A stretch of 64,000 nt of DNA from Epiperipatus broadwayi (taxonomy: Eukaryota; Animalia; Onychophora), in NCBI GenBank assembly GCA_028023455.1, contig JAQFVV010000009.1:10602001-10666000 (forward strand), given 5' to 3'. The position numbers were made by a program, and so were the translations under genes. Shown in pieces: positions 1-15,099 of this stretch. Each line of letters opens with the position of its first letter. Within the stretch, counting starts at the first letter, position 1. The notes under the pieces are model-generated. The model made no database searches, was not told the DNA's origin, and saw nothing but the letters and a program-made list of their open reading frames with translations.

Positions 1-2982
1 TCAGTCATAGGGTTGATTTCAAAATACCTATTCAAACTGTTCAAGTACTCTACAGCTGATTCTCCACTATGACTATTGAAAACTTATCTTTAAAAGCTGA
101 TTCACCATGCTGAATGTGCACTCTTGTTTTTCTGTATTTATTTTTATATTTTTATTCTCCTCCTGAGTCTTCACTTTTAATTCCTCAATCTACTATACTA
201 AGCTGTTAACTTCTGTTTGCATCTTAGTGATCATACATTTATGTTCACAATGCACTAAGTGCGTGTTTTCTTTTATTTGTTTTTCCATACTTTGGATTTC
301 TTTATTTTCTTGTTTTCATTAAAATCCATCTTTATCTGTTCAATTTTCTCATCTATCCTTTGGGCTACCTTCTTTGCCGATCTTTTTCATTCTTTTCCTG
401 AAAGACTCCTGACTCTTTTTTATTTCTTTATCTCTTCCCCTACTTTCATCAACTATCTCTCTTCCAATTATTTTAACTTTTCAATCTTGAATTCTTTGAC
501 AATTTATTTGTTTCTGCTTCTACTGGGGTGATATTTTATTTTGTTTGTTGTCCTTAATCATTCTGCTACTTCGTAATTTCATATGTATTTTATTTTTCTT
601 TTGTTTTCTTACTGGAAGTAATACATTTTAATTTTATCTTTACTACTGTGACATTTTTTCTACTTTAAAAGACCATTCTAAATATTATCCTTTATGAATT
701 AATATTTACTCATTATTTGCTATGCTTGTTAATCCCCCTTCTCTTATTTGCTCTTTGATTGTTTAATTTTGTGATTTATCTACCTATATCAACCTCTGTG
801 TATCTACTTGTATACCCTTGGAAAGTGTAAAGACAAATTTGGGTGGTATTTTTGCATAAATTTGCATCCATTTAACCAGCACATTCATCATAGGCTATGA
901 ATATGGGAACTGTATGTTCCCAAAAGGGATTAGCATTTATATTTTGTTTTTTGTTTTATTGTAGTTTTACATGACTGCATTTTAGCATAATATAGACATT
1001 ACTGAATACAAGTGAAGTAGAATTAAACTATTTATTACATAAAACATTCACCAAAACAAAACAAAAAATTATATCTCTGATTTTTTTAAAAAAAAATAAT
1101 TATGACTTTCTTTCTAGTTGTGCCAACACTTATCACCTATTTATATCTCAAGTTATGATTTTCCCATTTTTAGAGACTCACTTTGGGCTACTATTGTACC
1201 AAGTCTTATCATTTTCTGTTTTATTTTGTTTATTTAACTTTCTTTTCTTCATCAATATGTAATACCGGTTACTATGGGGTTTTAACTCAATTTATCATAA
1301 TATATGTATTTCTTGCTCATTTTCACATCCATATAGAATTCTTCTAACTTTTAAATACATACAGGTATAAATGGTTAATAATTTTGATATGATCAAATCG
1401 CATCTTCATTCAATTACATCATTAGCAAAATATTTGGACAATGTGATTACATTTCCTGGTCAATCAAACCCCAGATAATATCTAAAAAAAACTTATGATA
1501 GTTTTTATTTCTTTTTTTAAGAAGCACCAGTGTCAGGGAGAAACAGTCCACTGAACACACTATCCCAAGGTTAATTAATTCAGGATTCTTTTTTTATATA
1601 TTATTATTTTTTTAGTTGAGGATATTCTTACCTATGCACATATAGTGAACTAATTAACTGTACTAGCATTGATTCATTAAAAATGTAAATGGCAAAAATT
1701 GTTGAATTTTACTTTTAAAATAGTACTTAATAAACAAGTAAATACAATAATTATTCACTCATACATACCATTACCAAGTATTACTAACATGTATGTAGTA
1801 CATCATTAAGAATAAATATAAATAAAATGTTAGAAATTAGAAAATTAATATTTGGTTTTTTTATTAGTAGTAATAATAAAATCCTGGTTAATCATGATTA
1901 TTTAACAGTTTTAATCATTTTATTAAGAGTTTATATATATTTCAATTAAAAGTTAACTGAATATAAAGAGTTCACATTCATCTTACTGGGAATGTTTCTT
2001 TTAATATAATTACATATAATGTATATACCATGGCCATGATTTTATATTTCTGCTATACTATTTTATCTGAGATTTCTGGGTGAAGTGTTTCCTAATCATT
2101 TTGGTGTGATATAGGCATGGTGGCCCAAATCAAGGCATTAACTTGACAACAGGGTAGGAAGAAGGCATCAATGACTATATCTGAAGGCTTAGCAATCCAT
2201 GTGGTTAATGGCTTTCCTGAAGATGATGGCAGCCACATAATAAATCATTCTTTAGCATTCTTTGGATCTTTTTCTAAACCATTTACCACCAGACAATGCA
2301 ACAACTCCAATAGTATTAAATAGCAGTGTAGTAAATGTTTTATATAATTAAACAGTATAGCCACTACAGGAAAGACAATTAAAGAAAAGTTTTCAAAGTT
2401 ATCTTTTACACCCTCTGCCCAGTTTCTTATGGAGGTACCTTGTCACACCTTTTTTTACTTCTTTTTTTCAAGAATTTAATCCCACTGAAAAGCTTATTTT
2501 TTACATTTCAAATTATAAGCTAAATACATAATTTTCTCCTTTTCTAATGTTGCACTCATTTCGTGTTGTAAAATAATATACTCTCTACAACCAAACAAAA
2601 TGGGTACTTTTACAAAAAAAAGCTTTGTTTACATATAAGTTATTTATATAATATTTTTACATTTTTGTTTATTGTTTTTAGTTACAATAATCCACTAATT
2701 ATACTTGCTGTTGATCAACATTCCGATTAGCCATCTTTAATTAGTGAGAGAAGAGATATAACATATTCTCTTCTTTTCTAATTATAGGTAATTATATTGA
2801 TTCCACATTTTGTTTTTTCTTGCCACTTTTAAATCTACATATATTTTTGTTTTATATCTGCATGGTTAAACAAATACTTTTTTATTTATTAATGAAGCAT
2901 AATTTTTATTAATATATATCTTCTTCCAGGAATCCCCCTTCTCTTCACAGAACCTAAATATATGTTGTAACAAAGTAATGGT

Positions 2983-2987
<5 letters not shown>

Positions 2988-3036
<49 letters not shown>
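2988..3036. repeat. (AT)n microsatellite
   Basis: About 24 uninterrupted AT dinucleotides read directly. Confidence 0.95.
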
Positions 3037-3040
<4 letters not shown>

Positions 3041-6000
3041 GGAAACAAAAAAATCACCTGTTTTTTTTAATTCTCTTCACCCTACTTTACAATTATATAC
3101 TATAAATTTGAATAATTAATGGAAACAATGTAGTATAATGCTGTAATAGCCTATTTCTTAGAAACATAGAGTTAAGCATATGAAAAAAAATCATGAGATA
3201 TTGTTGTTGGTATTTTTTGAATGTATTATATAATGTTTAAATTGTGAATATATGATTTATAAACATAGATCAATCTGTCTTAAGAATTTGAAAAAATTTG
3301 TAGAAATAAATTTACTTTTTTTATTTTCAGCATCTTGAAATGAAGTTTGATAAATTTTATATGAGATTAGTCTAAAAATGAATCTCATTCCTTTAATAAA
3401 GAAGTTTTCTTGTATCTTGAACATATTATTCCTCACCCATAGAAAATCAAATATTCATTTCTATTGCACTGTGCCCTGTGAAAAAATTAGGCACACATTA
3501 AAAAACTTTTTTTTAAGATTCATCAGAAAAGGTATGATCCATCTTTGATTGCTACCACTTTTAAAATCCATCAGTACTTGAAGTTATCCACAGTCAATTA
3601 AAACAATCTCTAACTTGTAATATTTACATTATAACAGATTCACAATTTTTAAATCTACAACATTAATCAGATTTGCACTACAATCACAATTAAAATTGAA
3701 CATCACATGATTCAACTTATTTTATTCTGCATTAGATTATTATAATCTTTATCTCAATTTTAGTTTAACTATATAAGCAATAAATATTGATTACAAAATT
3801 CCAAAAGACCCCAAATTATATACCAGGTTCTTGTAACTAGATATTTGATGCTTTCAAGATATTAGGCTAATTTGGAGTTTGTCTAAAAAAGAGGTGGCAA
3901 TCTAACTTTTTTTTTTTTTTAGTTTGCAACTGCTTGTCAATTGTTAAGTCAATAGTTCTGTTAAACCCTTTTATTAGAAAGAAACTGAATTAAACAGATA
4001 TCAATCCTATTTACAATTAGATATGGAGTTTAGATTTATTATGCAAGGCATTATTTTCATCAGTAAAATGTACAAACCTGATTTTAAAGATGATTTCATA
4101 TCTAAATAGATATTGTTAGACTTTCTAATAGATTGTTATGTTTCAGCTGTTTAATAATTTATTATGATTATTTTATTCATCAAATAATCTTTGCTAAAAT
4201 ATTTATTAATATATTTGTATGGCCTTCCAGATGAAACTAAAACTTTTCTAAAAAATTTAAACATTTTTTAAAAAAACTCAGATATTTCCACCTACTCATC
4301 ATACAACTAACCCAACTAGCCATTTAATATCAAATAAACATTGAGGATTTGGATATTCTTAATGAGAAAGTAAAGGAATTCTCAGGCATTCTGTTCATTT
4401 AAATTTAATTGTTATTGATTGTAATATTATGCACTTTTTATCAATGCGGAAAGATGTCATACATCCATAGTCATACATCCATAGGCACTAAGTCATTTCT
4501 TTTTTTAAAAAGGATTATCTGACAGCTGATTATATCTTTCATATCCCAAGAATATATTGAATATATATTTTTATATTTCAGGTTTATATCATGTTTAATT
4601 TTTTTGTTACTACAGTTTTTATAATTGGGTCTAAGTATTTACAGAAATGTCTCAATTTGCTATAGTTTTATTATTGTTATTATACTATCATTATCTTAAA
4701 TCATTGTTTTGATCCATGAATAACGCTGTCTGACAGATTTTTTCTCAAAAAATAACATTTGTGATGACATACCATATATCTCAACTAATTAGTTTTTAAT
4801 TGTAGTTATTTTGCTTGTCTAACTCCCATATACATAGAGAGAAGTCCCTGTATATATGACATTTCATTCCAAACTATATCATGGATAATAAAATTCATTG
4901 ATAATCGTAATTTCAATTATGGTTGTGTACTTATTATATAAGCATATTAAAAATGTATATAATACATATGCATGTATCTATTTATACATATTAAATTTGC
5001 AATGTAAATCAGAAATGAAAATATGGAATTTTTTTATAATAAGTAAATTTAGGCTTCTAGGTTTTTGCAGTATATAGTTTTTATGAAAATTATTACCGAG
5101 ACTGTCATTATATTTTAATTGCCATTATTTAAAATTAAAATGATTTTTGTGAGTTAATAAACTTACCATGTGATAGATAAATGAATCATTGTTTTTCTGT
5201 CAACTTTATATTTTAAAATCACTATAGTGTTCAAGATTCTTTTTTTCTAGTTTATAAAATACATTTTCTCCAATATTTATTATATTGTTGTTATATAAAT
5301 TGAAAGTTTTTTTTTTTTAAAAAAAAAGTAAAACAATGAAATGTTTTCCGTTTAAATGTCAATTGATATTTTGAATATAGAAGTATTAAAAAAGAATATT
5401 TGTTTATTTTCTAATGGAATCTATTGTTGTGAATGGTATTTAAATGACTAACAAAAGAATACTCTTTTATAATAAAATATTAAAATTTCAAATAAGAAAA
5501 AAAAGTTTTTCTAGGGCTGGAGTTACTCTAACACTAACTCGCTAACAACCTTGTTAATATAATAAAGTTCTCTTTTAAACTTATGACTTGAATATTGACA
5601 TTTTAAATTTTGTCTTCTTGCAGATTTTCACCATTTATATTTTTTTCTTTGATTTATTCTTTTTCCCTTTTTAAAAAAAAAAAACTAATGAATCTTTCAA
5701 CTTGGCAGTTAATTAATTGTCTGCTTCAACATTTTACGGCCTGTTTTATATTTGAGCAAAGTGATGAATTGCATGTTTCTTGTATGATCATCATTACTTG
5801 AACTCTTAATCAATAAACTGATGATTTAAATTAGATATTTTATTAAAGCAATACATTCACAAGCATTTTATATATTGAAATAGTTTTTGAATTGGTAACA
5901 TACTTAAGAACATTATTGTATCAAAATTAATATATAAATTCTTCCTCAAAAATTATCCGGTATTTTAAATTGCATCCACTATTACGCCCAGAATTATATT

Positions 6001-6319
6001 TTACTTATAGTCACTATTGTAGATTTTTTAATATGATATTATTTTCTGTCAAAAAAGTCCTCAAGATTAGATGATTTTTTTAGCATAATGGGAGAAAGAA
6101 ATTTTAGCTCTTTGCACTATTAGATCATTATGGTCTAACATATCACATCATGTTTTACCAATAAAGATAAATTTATTGTTATGTTTCAGAAATTATAATG
6201 GTTGATTAAGCTTATTCATAAAAACAAAACCCCGAACAACAGAAAAAAATTATTATCCTGTTTTAATCTGAGACAAATTAATTAGTTTGATTTAGTTCTA
6301 CCTTAGAACTTAATGGTAG

Positions 6320-6441
6320 CATACTTTTTTTTTCATATGTCATAGCATCGGCTGGGAGGCGAACCTGCAACAACCGTCTACAACCAATTGCTTGCTTGCT
6401 AGGGGGCTGCACTGACCTCTCGGCTAACAACACCATACTTT
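6320..6441 (-). mobile_element. tRNA-derived SINE copy
   Basis: Minus strand: A-box-like TAGCCGAGAGG, B-box-like GGTTCGCCTCCC, then CAGCCGATGCTATGACA and an A-rich tail; flanked by CATACTTT repeats (6320-6327, 6434-6441); homologous to the copies at 28601 and 37363. Confidence 0.8.
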
Positions 6442-6841
6442 ATTGTTTATCAGTATATTTACATCCAGATTGTAACTCAATTTTATTTTATAAATATTTG
6501 ATTTATCTTTCCACTGTGATCAGTGTTTGAATAATTATCAATCGTAATTATTTCTAATTTAAAACTTTTACCTCAATATGAGAGTTTTATGAGAGTTTTA
6601 TGATTTTTGAAACCGATCTGTTTATTTCTTTGATTATTGAGTACTCCCCAGGCCTTATCAGTTTATTTACATGCGTATTGAGGCTGATTGTTGCCATTAT
6701 TATTAAATGTATTAATTAATTTATTTAATCAAGACAAAACTTCACCCCTTCCTTCTATCAAGAATTAGGTTACTATTCTTTTAGATTTAGAAAATACAAT
6801 TCAGAAATGATTTTACATTTTAAACAGCGCAAATCTTAGAG

Positions 6842-7013
6842 CAGCAGTTCTAAACCTGTAAGTTGCGAGGGTCGAACAACGCTTTCTTAGGGATCGGCTA
6901 ACCATTAGAAACATAGTTTCGATTCATAATGGTAGCAAAATTACATGTTGGGGTACCACAACAGAAGAAACTGTATTAAAAGGTCATGACATTAAGAAAG
7001 TTGAGAGCCATTG
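6842..7013. mobile_element. hAT (Buster/Charlie subfamily) MITE resembling SPIN_NA/URR1
   Basis: 172 bp; imperfect TIRs CAGCAGTTCTAAACCT / AAGTTGAGAGCCATTG; perfect 8-bp TSD TCTTAGAG (6834-6841, 7014-7021) with central TA; internal blocks GGGTCGAAC, GATTCATAA..GTAGCAAAATTACA, CACAACA..AACTGTATTAAA match the SPIN non-autonomous consensus as recalled. Confidence 0.85.
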
Positions 7014-7199
7014 TCTTAGAGTAATTCACTTAGTTTTCATAAGTAATGAACATACCCAGTCTGATATAAGATTAATCAAAAATGTATTCAAAAAATATTA
7101 CCTATTAAGAAAAATTGCTTAATTATGAATTATATGAGTTATATTAATAATGGCTTGTCTCAACAATACATATCAAAAGATAAATGACATAAGGCTATA

Positions 7200-7990
7200 T
7201 TTTTCTTCCTGCTTGTTCAACATTTTTGTTGAAGCTACAATGGATAAAGCACTTGGAAAAGCAAGGTTGGGTTTGAATGAGAGTGATTAGACTTAACTAA
7301 TGAATTAAATATGTAAATAATTAGATGATAATTAAAATATTCCTAAAACATTGGTGATGATGGTATAAAAAATAAAGAAATTGCTACTCAATTTGGATAT
7401 GTGTAAAGAGAATACAAAAAATAATATCATAATATCCTTACATTGTATCACTTAAGAACAGATGGATCATTTCATTACCTTGATCAATAATCATAGAAAA
7501 TATGTAGTGAGAATATGAGATACATGGAAAGATTGCAATGATGAATTGCATCTATCACGATCTCTAAATATAAAAATATGAAAGAGAAATGAAGTCATAT
7601 ATTTATCATTGGTTTTGTATGGTGTTGGAGTGTGCTTTCTTTTATCTGCCAACATCAGAAGGTTTGAGACATTTGATATGTAGGTTGTAGCAGAATGCTA
7701 TGTTCCTGAAGAATCTGGAAAATCAAAATTTCTAATCTAATAGTTGAGGCAAGATAAATACATTGAATGAGATATGTTGTAAACAGAATGGCATGATTAA
7801 ACATATCTGAAAGGAAAAAAAACAATAATAAAATGCTTGAGAGATACATGATATTTTATCTTTATCGATCAGTTATATATGAATATTCAGGATTGTATTA
7901 GACAAAGAAAGGGTGGCTGAAAATCAGTTCATATGGAGCGTTTATATTACAAAATTGTGCAACTCCCAGAACGAAATGACTGTTTGATAT
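7200..7990 (+). pseudogene. Highly decayed RTE-type LINE RT/3' fragment
   Basis: Broken translations SSCLFNIFVEATMDKAL (about 7204) and IRRFETFDM..CSRML (about 7654) resemble the RTE RT motifs LSP.LFNI and RLEAFEMWCYRRML; many stops and indels. Confidence 0.5.
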
Positions 7991-10900
7991 ATAGTGTGTG
8001 TAATATATATATATAATAATGGTGTGAAGTAACAAGGGTGAACAATTAAATAAATATATAATAAATTAATGAATATAGTGAGCCCAAAAGATTAGCAAAG
8101 AACTAATAAATAAGTTCACCAGCATTACAGGTGAGAATAATAATCATTCATTATCATGAATGATTAAAAATAAAATCAGTTAATCTTGTGACTGGATTTG
8201 AAAGAAGTTCATTAAAGAGCAAGCTAATTATTTAGCCCTTGCCAAGCTTAGGGCAGATTATATAAACAATAGTTTGGATGCACAAACTAAAGTGCCAATT
8301 CATAAGAATATAACAATTAAAAAATATTGCTGGAATACAGAAACATGCTGATCATCACCAATGCCTTGGCCACTTAGTATCATTAATGTACAGGCCAACT
8401 ATAAATTTAAGTTCTAATAATAAAAACTAAATAAAATGTTATGCATGGACTTTAAATGATATCCCTTTGTGCCAACTAGGAACATCATCATCATTATCTG
8501 GATGTCTATTATACTAAACATAAACCTCAATCTATATAAATGACTGTTATGCATGAATTCAACTCAGTGAGCAAGAACTTTATAACAGTTACTAAGAATA
8601 AGAGATAATACCAATATATAATAATTTACAATATTTCAACCCAGATTGAATGAATTCACTGAAATAACTTAATAAAATATAAATTTATTAATTAGAAACA
8701 ACAATAATAAAATGAAATTAAAGTTTACTAAGTACATTATAAATATAAATCCAGCATTCTGATTTTAATTAAAATAATACAAAAAAATTCTATTACATTA
8801 TAATTTACATATATCTCAATAGATTTATATAAAACTCACCAATATATAAACACTCAGATGTGCTGTATAATAATTTAAAACTAATATCTTTGAATTGCCA
8901 TAAACCAATAATAAAAATTCATTTTTACAATATATAATAATTAATTTTAATATATGTGATTGATGACTGATTTTAATATATATGGGTCTACATGACATGC
9001 ATTCAAATATGTTTACACACTGATATTTTATTAGTTAAAAAATAAGCTTATTAAACCATATTATATTTTCACAAGTCATAATTTGATGTTGAAAATATAC
9101 ATAAAATATGTATGAGCATATTATTATTATCCATCTACAAATCAAAGTTATTAATAAATTTGTTATTTCTAAGGGTAAGTAAAGGTTCTTTTTTAAATAT
9201 ATATGTATATTACTTCTTTGACAGTCCTTCATAAAAGTTTTTTTCAGATTAATATTAATTGTAACTGTCTTTAAAAATATGCTAGCAAGTTCTTTTGTTA
9301 TCGAAAGATTTTTGGAGTTTTTATTTTTTTAATAAAATAAAATTGTAAACCTATCTTGATTTTAGTTGAATAATTTAGACACAGTTATTTATTTTTAAAT
9401 CTTGTAATTTAAAGATTTTAACTGCAAAGTATTTAAAATAATCAATCACATTCTTAATATATAACACATTCTTCTAATCAGCTGTGCACACTTTATATTT
9501 ATATTCAATCATTAGTAATTATACATTTGTGCTTTTTGCATATAAATTAATCAGCATATATATAATCCTTACAGCAAGCTTATGGAATCTTTTGGAAAAT
9601 TGGTCCATTCTAAAATAGTAGACTGGCTTAATGATATCTTCAGAAACAGTATAAATTGGGTAATTGTTTGCATTCAATCAGCTCCATTCAGTCTCTATCA
9701 TTTGATGGAATTCAGGCAAGCTAGCTATTTAGTACACATTATGGGCTATGGAACATAGAAAAACAGGACTTTTTACTTCCATGTGATCCAAACTCTACTG
9801 TAGTGACAGCAGAAGCAGCAGCTGATTTGTACTCTGCACCTTCAGTTATAATTTCACAATGATAATGCTGTATAACTGTTGTAAGTCATGAATGATAATA
9901 AATCTACCTTTTTATACTATATCATGAAATTTAAAGAAAAAAGTAATTAAAAGTAAGTTTTCTTTATGACTCTACCTTCATTAAATGCCAAAGTTTTACC
10001 TAAAAGTATTTTTTAATCTTTTCAATAACATTTTTGTAGGATTTTTATCAAAATATATTATACAAGCTTTGATTTTAAACAATTCGTAATCTAGTTAAAA
10101 TGGATAGTGGAATTTATAATTACCAGTATACCTATTGCAACATAAAAACATGCTTGTTTTAATTATCAAAATCAGAGTGAAACATTAAATAGACCTTTTT
10201 GAATGTTTAATATATAATATTTTTTTTAACTCAAAATTATTACACTGCAATTTAGAAGTTAAATTACTAAATTCCTAAAAAGATAATATTTTTATTTAAA
10301 TATCTAACTGATTTAGTTTAGACAACATGGGTTATATAGATTTGTGTGTGTGTGTGTGTCAAAAGAAATTGAAAAGAGAGAAAGGATATAAAGAGTATAA
10401 TAAAAACAAAAAAGGAAACTACTTTGTGTATTTGTAAAGATAAGAAAAAAACCTTTATCGTGAAGCTATTAGCAGTATGTAAAACAAAATAGCAGCATCC
10501 CTTTGATAATTAAAAATGGTGACCCAAGAAAATTACATTAAATTTGGTTTAAATTAACAGGTGGCAACAGGGGTTGTGCAGAGAGACTAAAAAAAATCAG
10601 GATTATAAAAAGAAAAACACATCGAGCATCAGGATTTTTAGATATTTGTTCCTGAAATAAAACAGTTGGAAATAAATATTAAGCATTGAAGAAATTATGA
10701 AGAGCATGTCAAACTACTCTCACCAGCATGTTAAATCATACTAAAATGTGTGAGTAGAAGAAGTTCATTTTCCAATGTTGCTTTTTTCCTGATGTCATGA
10801 ACTACTACAAATGAAGCCATCTCCTACTAAATCTGAAACTACGGAGTGCTTATAGACTGCAAGAATATTGAACAGCAGATACTTCCCAAGATAAATCCAT

Positions 10901-13292
10901 GCATTGTAATTCTATAATATGATACATGAACTGTTAAACTACTGGTAAGAAACTTTATTAATTCAAATATCAGTGATCACTTTCTCTTGAACTCTAAGTG
11001 TGATAAACTGTCATCTCGAGTCATATCAATTAAAATAAAATCTTAGCAATAGTTTTAATCTCTATTTATTTCTCTTATATTTTTATTTTCTGAATAATAA
11101 TATAAATATTTCATTATATATCAATAAATTTAAATATAACTTACATTGATATTTAGTTGTTGATTATTAATTGTCTAAATTCATTTAAAATTAACCATTA
11201 CTATAATTTGATTAAATAAATTGCCAATGCTGTACTTGAAAACACAATCCTCTGGATATTCCAAGTAATTTCATCATGACTAAATAAATAAGTGAGATTT
11301 GGCCTGTGGATTCTTACATAGAATTCTGGCACCTTTTCGAATAAATTAAAAGCTGGTTCTCTCCTTTCTATTATTCAACTTTAGTTACATTTAGTGGGTT
11401 GTGTAATCAGGAAATATAACTGCGTTCTATAAAATTCACTGAAATTTTCTGATGAAAAATTATCAAATCGAACATAATTTGGTCACCAAATATGAGGTAA
11501 TTAGCGTAAAAACCCTAATTATACCATGGACATTACAATATATATAAATGCACACACATTACTATGTTGTTATATGCCATGAGACACATAACCATCTCAA
11601 TATATATATTATTGAACTTAAATGGAAGTAACAACATGTCTAGAATATATATTTATATGCAATTTTCATATAGGAATAAATTCAAGAAAAAGAATGGACC
11701 ACTTATATTTTAAACATTTATTAACACTGTTGAGAAATATGGAGTGAAATTTGTATAGCCTGATTTAAATACAATGTAAATTATTCTGAAATTACTATTG
11801 ATGGAAGATAAAGACAGTTTCTCATTTTAAACAATCTCATAATATAAATGAAAATTCAGTTTAATGAATTTAAATATTAAATACTTATAGCTTACTGTAT
11901 ATAAAATATAAATGAAGGTAATTCATAATCTGAAAACAGTATATAAACAATATTCATATTGATAAAATGGAAATTCCTATAACACTACAATATCAGCTAA
12001 AACAAAATTTTACTAAAATTCTTACAAAATGATGGTTTCATTTATTAACAAATAGACATTCTTAAGTGAAATTTAATGAAACATACAACATATATATATA
12101 TATACACAAAACAAAATAGTTTCCCATCAATCACTTTCACAACCAACTTCTTTTCATATCAAAAGATGTCTTCATTAGATTGATGGCCTCAAATTTAAAA
12201 ATTTTTACTATTAAAGTTTCTTTTATTCTTCTTTTTAATTCACTTTTTTTTTTATTATAAAAGATAACTTCTGCATTATCATTATATATATATATTGTAT
12301 GTTTAGTTGAATTATACTTTAGAAAATCTATTTGTTAATAGATGAAACCATAGTTGTGTAAGAATTTAGTAAGATTTTGTTATCTTGCTAACATTATAAT
12401 GTTATATGAATGTCTATTTTGTTTTTAATTGCTAGTAAAGTGTTAGGCAGTATCTAATTTTTATGAATTATTGATGTATGAGTATTGTTATTCTTAGTTT
12501 TTGAATATATTGTTACTTCCATTTAAACTTCATATACATTAAGTTATGTATATTTAATATATATGATATTTTAATTTAATAATTTTATTGTATTTTCTTC
12601 CATTGCCATAAGTATTTACTAAAGTCATATAAAAAACACAATATGACTATGCAGGTTGAGCTGGTATTTTTATGTCAGCTCATACTCATACATATATATA
12701 TACACACATATTTTGTAAAAATATAAATATCGTTTTATAATACATAATTTTTTTTTTGAAAAAAAAAAAGAAATAAATTAACACTTAATTTTAAAATGGA
12801 GTTTTTGAGAAGTTAAAATAAATTAGATCAAGATCTTGCATGTTTTTGATAAAAGTTTGTCTTTTGTTTAGTCTTTAAAAAATTATTAAAGATAGAAGGG
12901 AAAAGAAAGCAATTAGTTCTATTGTTGGGGCTTTGATGGTGAAGGTATTTTATGCTATCTATTCCGCTGATCAATTGGAATGTTTCTTTGGGATTTTAAA
13001 ATAAAATATGAAATAAAAGAAAAGAACATTAAAGGTGTGAACTGAGACTTTAGAAAAAAAAAACTATAAATTACAGACTTTCCTTTTGTTTAAATTAATT
13101 GGATTTCTGCCGAGGTCAATACCTAATCTATAAGTTTAAATTCGGCTCGGACTCGTCAATAGTAAAAATCGGAAAATTACATTAAAAAAAAAAATAAGAA
13201 GAAAGAGCAAGGAGAAAATGTTGAGCGGCTAGATCTAACAGAACTTTCCCTTCTGGGAACCTCTTCCTATTACCACCTGGAACTGCCTTGTC

Positions 13293-14780
13293 AGATCACA
13301 ATTATACTTTTTTATATCATTATTAGCTCTTTTTCACACCACTTTACAAAATTTGAGGTATTTAATTCTTTTTAGTGCATCATTGTCTCAGAAGAAAATT
13401 TTACTGGCCAAGTGCTTTTTGTACCAGCTATCTTTGTTGTAGTGTTAAAAGGGTATTAGTTATTTTCTTGTTAAATTCATTCAAATTTAAATTATGTTTA
13501 AAATCTGTTAATATTTAAAAACGATTTGCAAGTTCTAATTTAAATTCATTGGGATGTTACTGAAAATTAGGAATATCAACTGCAAATATTGTTTTTCTTA
13601 ATAATTTTTGTCTCTCTAGTTTTGCATTAATATCTTACTAATTGATAATCACTTCCTGTGTTGAATTTATTAAGAACATAATAATATTGAAATATATATT
13701 TTCTGTTAGTCAAAATATAATCCAATTCTGCTGTATCTTTATTTGGCTGTTTCCATGTCCATTTGTGTTTAACATTTTTTCAAAAAAAGAATTCGTAATA
13801 TAAAGTTTCTCTTCTGAAAACCCCATAAGTCTGTGTTCTCTATCATTTCTATCTCCATAACCAAATTTACCTACAGCACTTTCATCTTTTAAATGTTTAC
13901 CAATTCTAGCATTAAAATCTCTCATAACAATTTTAAAATGTTGTTTGGTCTGATCAAAATCTTTTTGTACATTCATATAAAAATCCTCTACTTTTTCATC
14001 ACAATGAGAATTTGTTGGGGCATAAACCTGAATTATCTGCCTTTGATATCTGTTATTGAATTGAATAACTAATTTTGCTACTAATTTCCACAATGTTGTT
14101 TTTTTTACTTTTTATTTATAATGAATCCTACTCCATTTGTATTTCTAATGTTTGTTCCATAGTGATATAGTACACATCTACTTTTTAAATCAATTGTCTC
14201 TTCATCTTTTCTTCTAACTTTACAAAGTCCAATAATGTCCCATTTAATATGAGACAGTTCTTCTTTCATTTCTTGCAATTTTTCTTTACTTGAAAGTGAT
14301 CTGCCATTGTAAGTACCTAAATAAGAGGTCATCATCAAATACTTAGCACCCTCAGCTTTTGGCCACCAACTGATGCCTTGTCTGGCAACTCTACAGTGTC
14401 CTGGGAATAAGGACCATGATTTATTTTTGTCTGTCTTGATTGTAAATATCTATTAAAAAAATCATTTACACACACATTCATTCTGCCTTCAAGAAAACTC
14501 AACAGATATTTCAGTTAAGAACTATCAGGCAACTGAGAAGAAAGACTATGGTGTTTCTTGATCTTAAACTCAGAGGTAAAAAGCCAATAAACTCACCACG
14601 ATGGCTAATGCATGTTGGTGAGAAGCCCATCCATGTTCTTGTACTATATAAATAATTACATAGCAATAACAGCTCCAATGACAAGAGCGTATGAAGTGGA
14701 TATTATGAATTTCTCATGCTTTGTTCTTTTAAGATCTCCAAGAGTAATCTAAGGGTCTCCTTTTAGTTAATAACAAATTC
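13293..14780 (-). mobile_element. Decayed RTE copy, 5' UTR plus APE endonuclease region only
   Basis: Collinear with about 49220-50773 of the intact copy; ORF pieces 14105-14338 and 13710-14093 translate as the APE domain (YLGTYNGRSLS, QIIQVYAPT, DFNARIG); homology stops near the equivalent of RKYNCE. Confidence 0.9.
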
Positions 14781-15099
14781 CTTTCTGCAGTCGATTTAAG
14801 ATTATTTATGTTAATTTTGCAGTTTAATATAAATTCTATATTCCAACATTCATACGTTAAGAAGAGATAGTAAATCTATTCAATTGCAAAGATCTTACGT
14901 TTTATTTTTCTTTTGTTGTTTCTATTTTTTTTTAATTATTTGAAACACTCCATCTTTAGCTCTTTGGTTAGATGCAAATTTTTACTGGGCCAACTGTTCA
15001 GGAATATTTGGTAATCTTTTAATTAAATAATTTACTTTAGAATTTAAAACAAATTAGTTATAATTATACACACACACTCTCTAACTTTTAGCTTATAGT

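Noticed and set aside
1-800. Possible decayed LTR gag or coiled-coil coding remnant on the minus strand
   Set aside because: Only a K/E-rich compositional impression with many stops; no diagnostic motif.
2040-2300. Possible DIRS-like RNase H remnants (also about 10500-10920, 26900-27135, 38330-38620)
   Set aside because: Only 4-6-residue resemblances (for example IDAFFLP, MELK.VFLAL) across broken frames; not supportable without profile searches.
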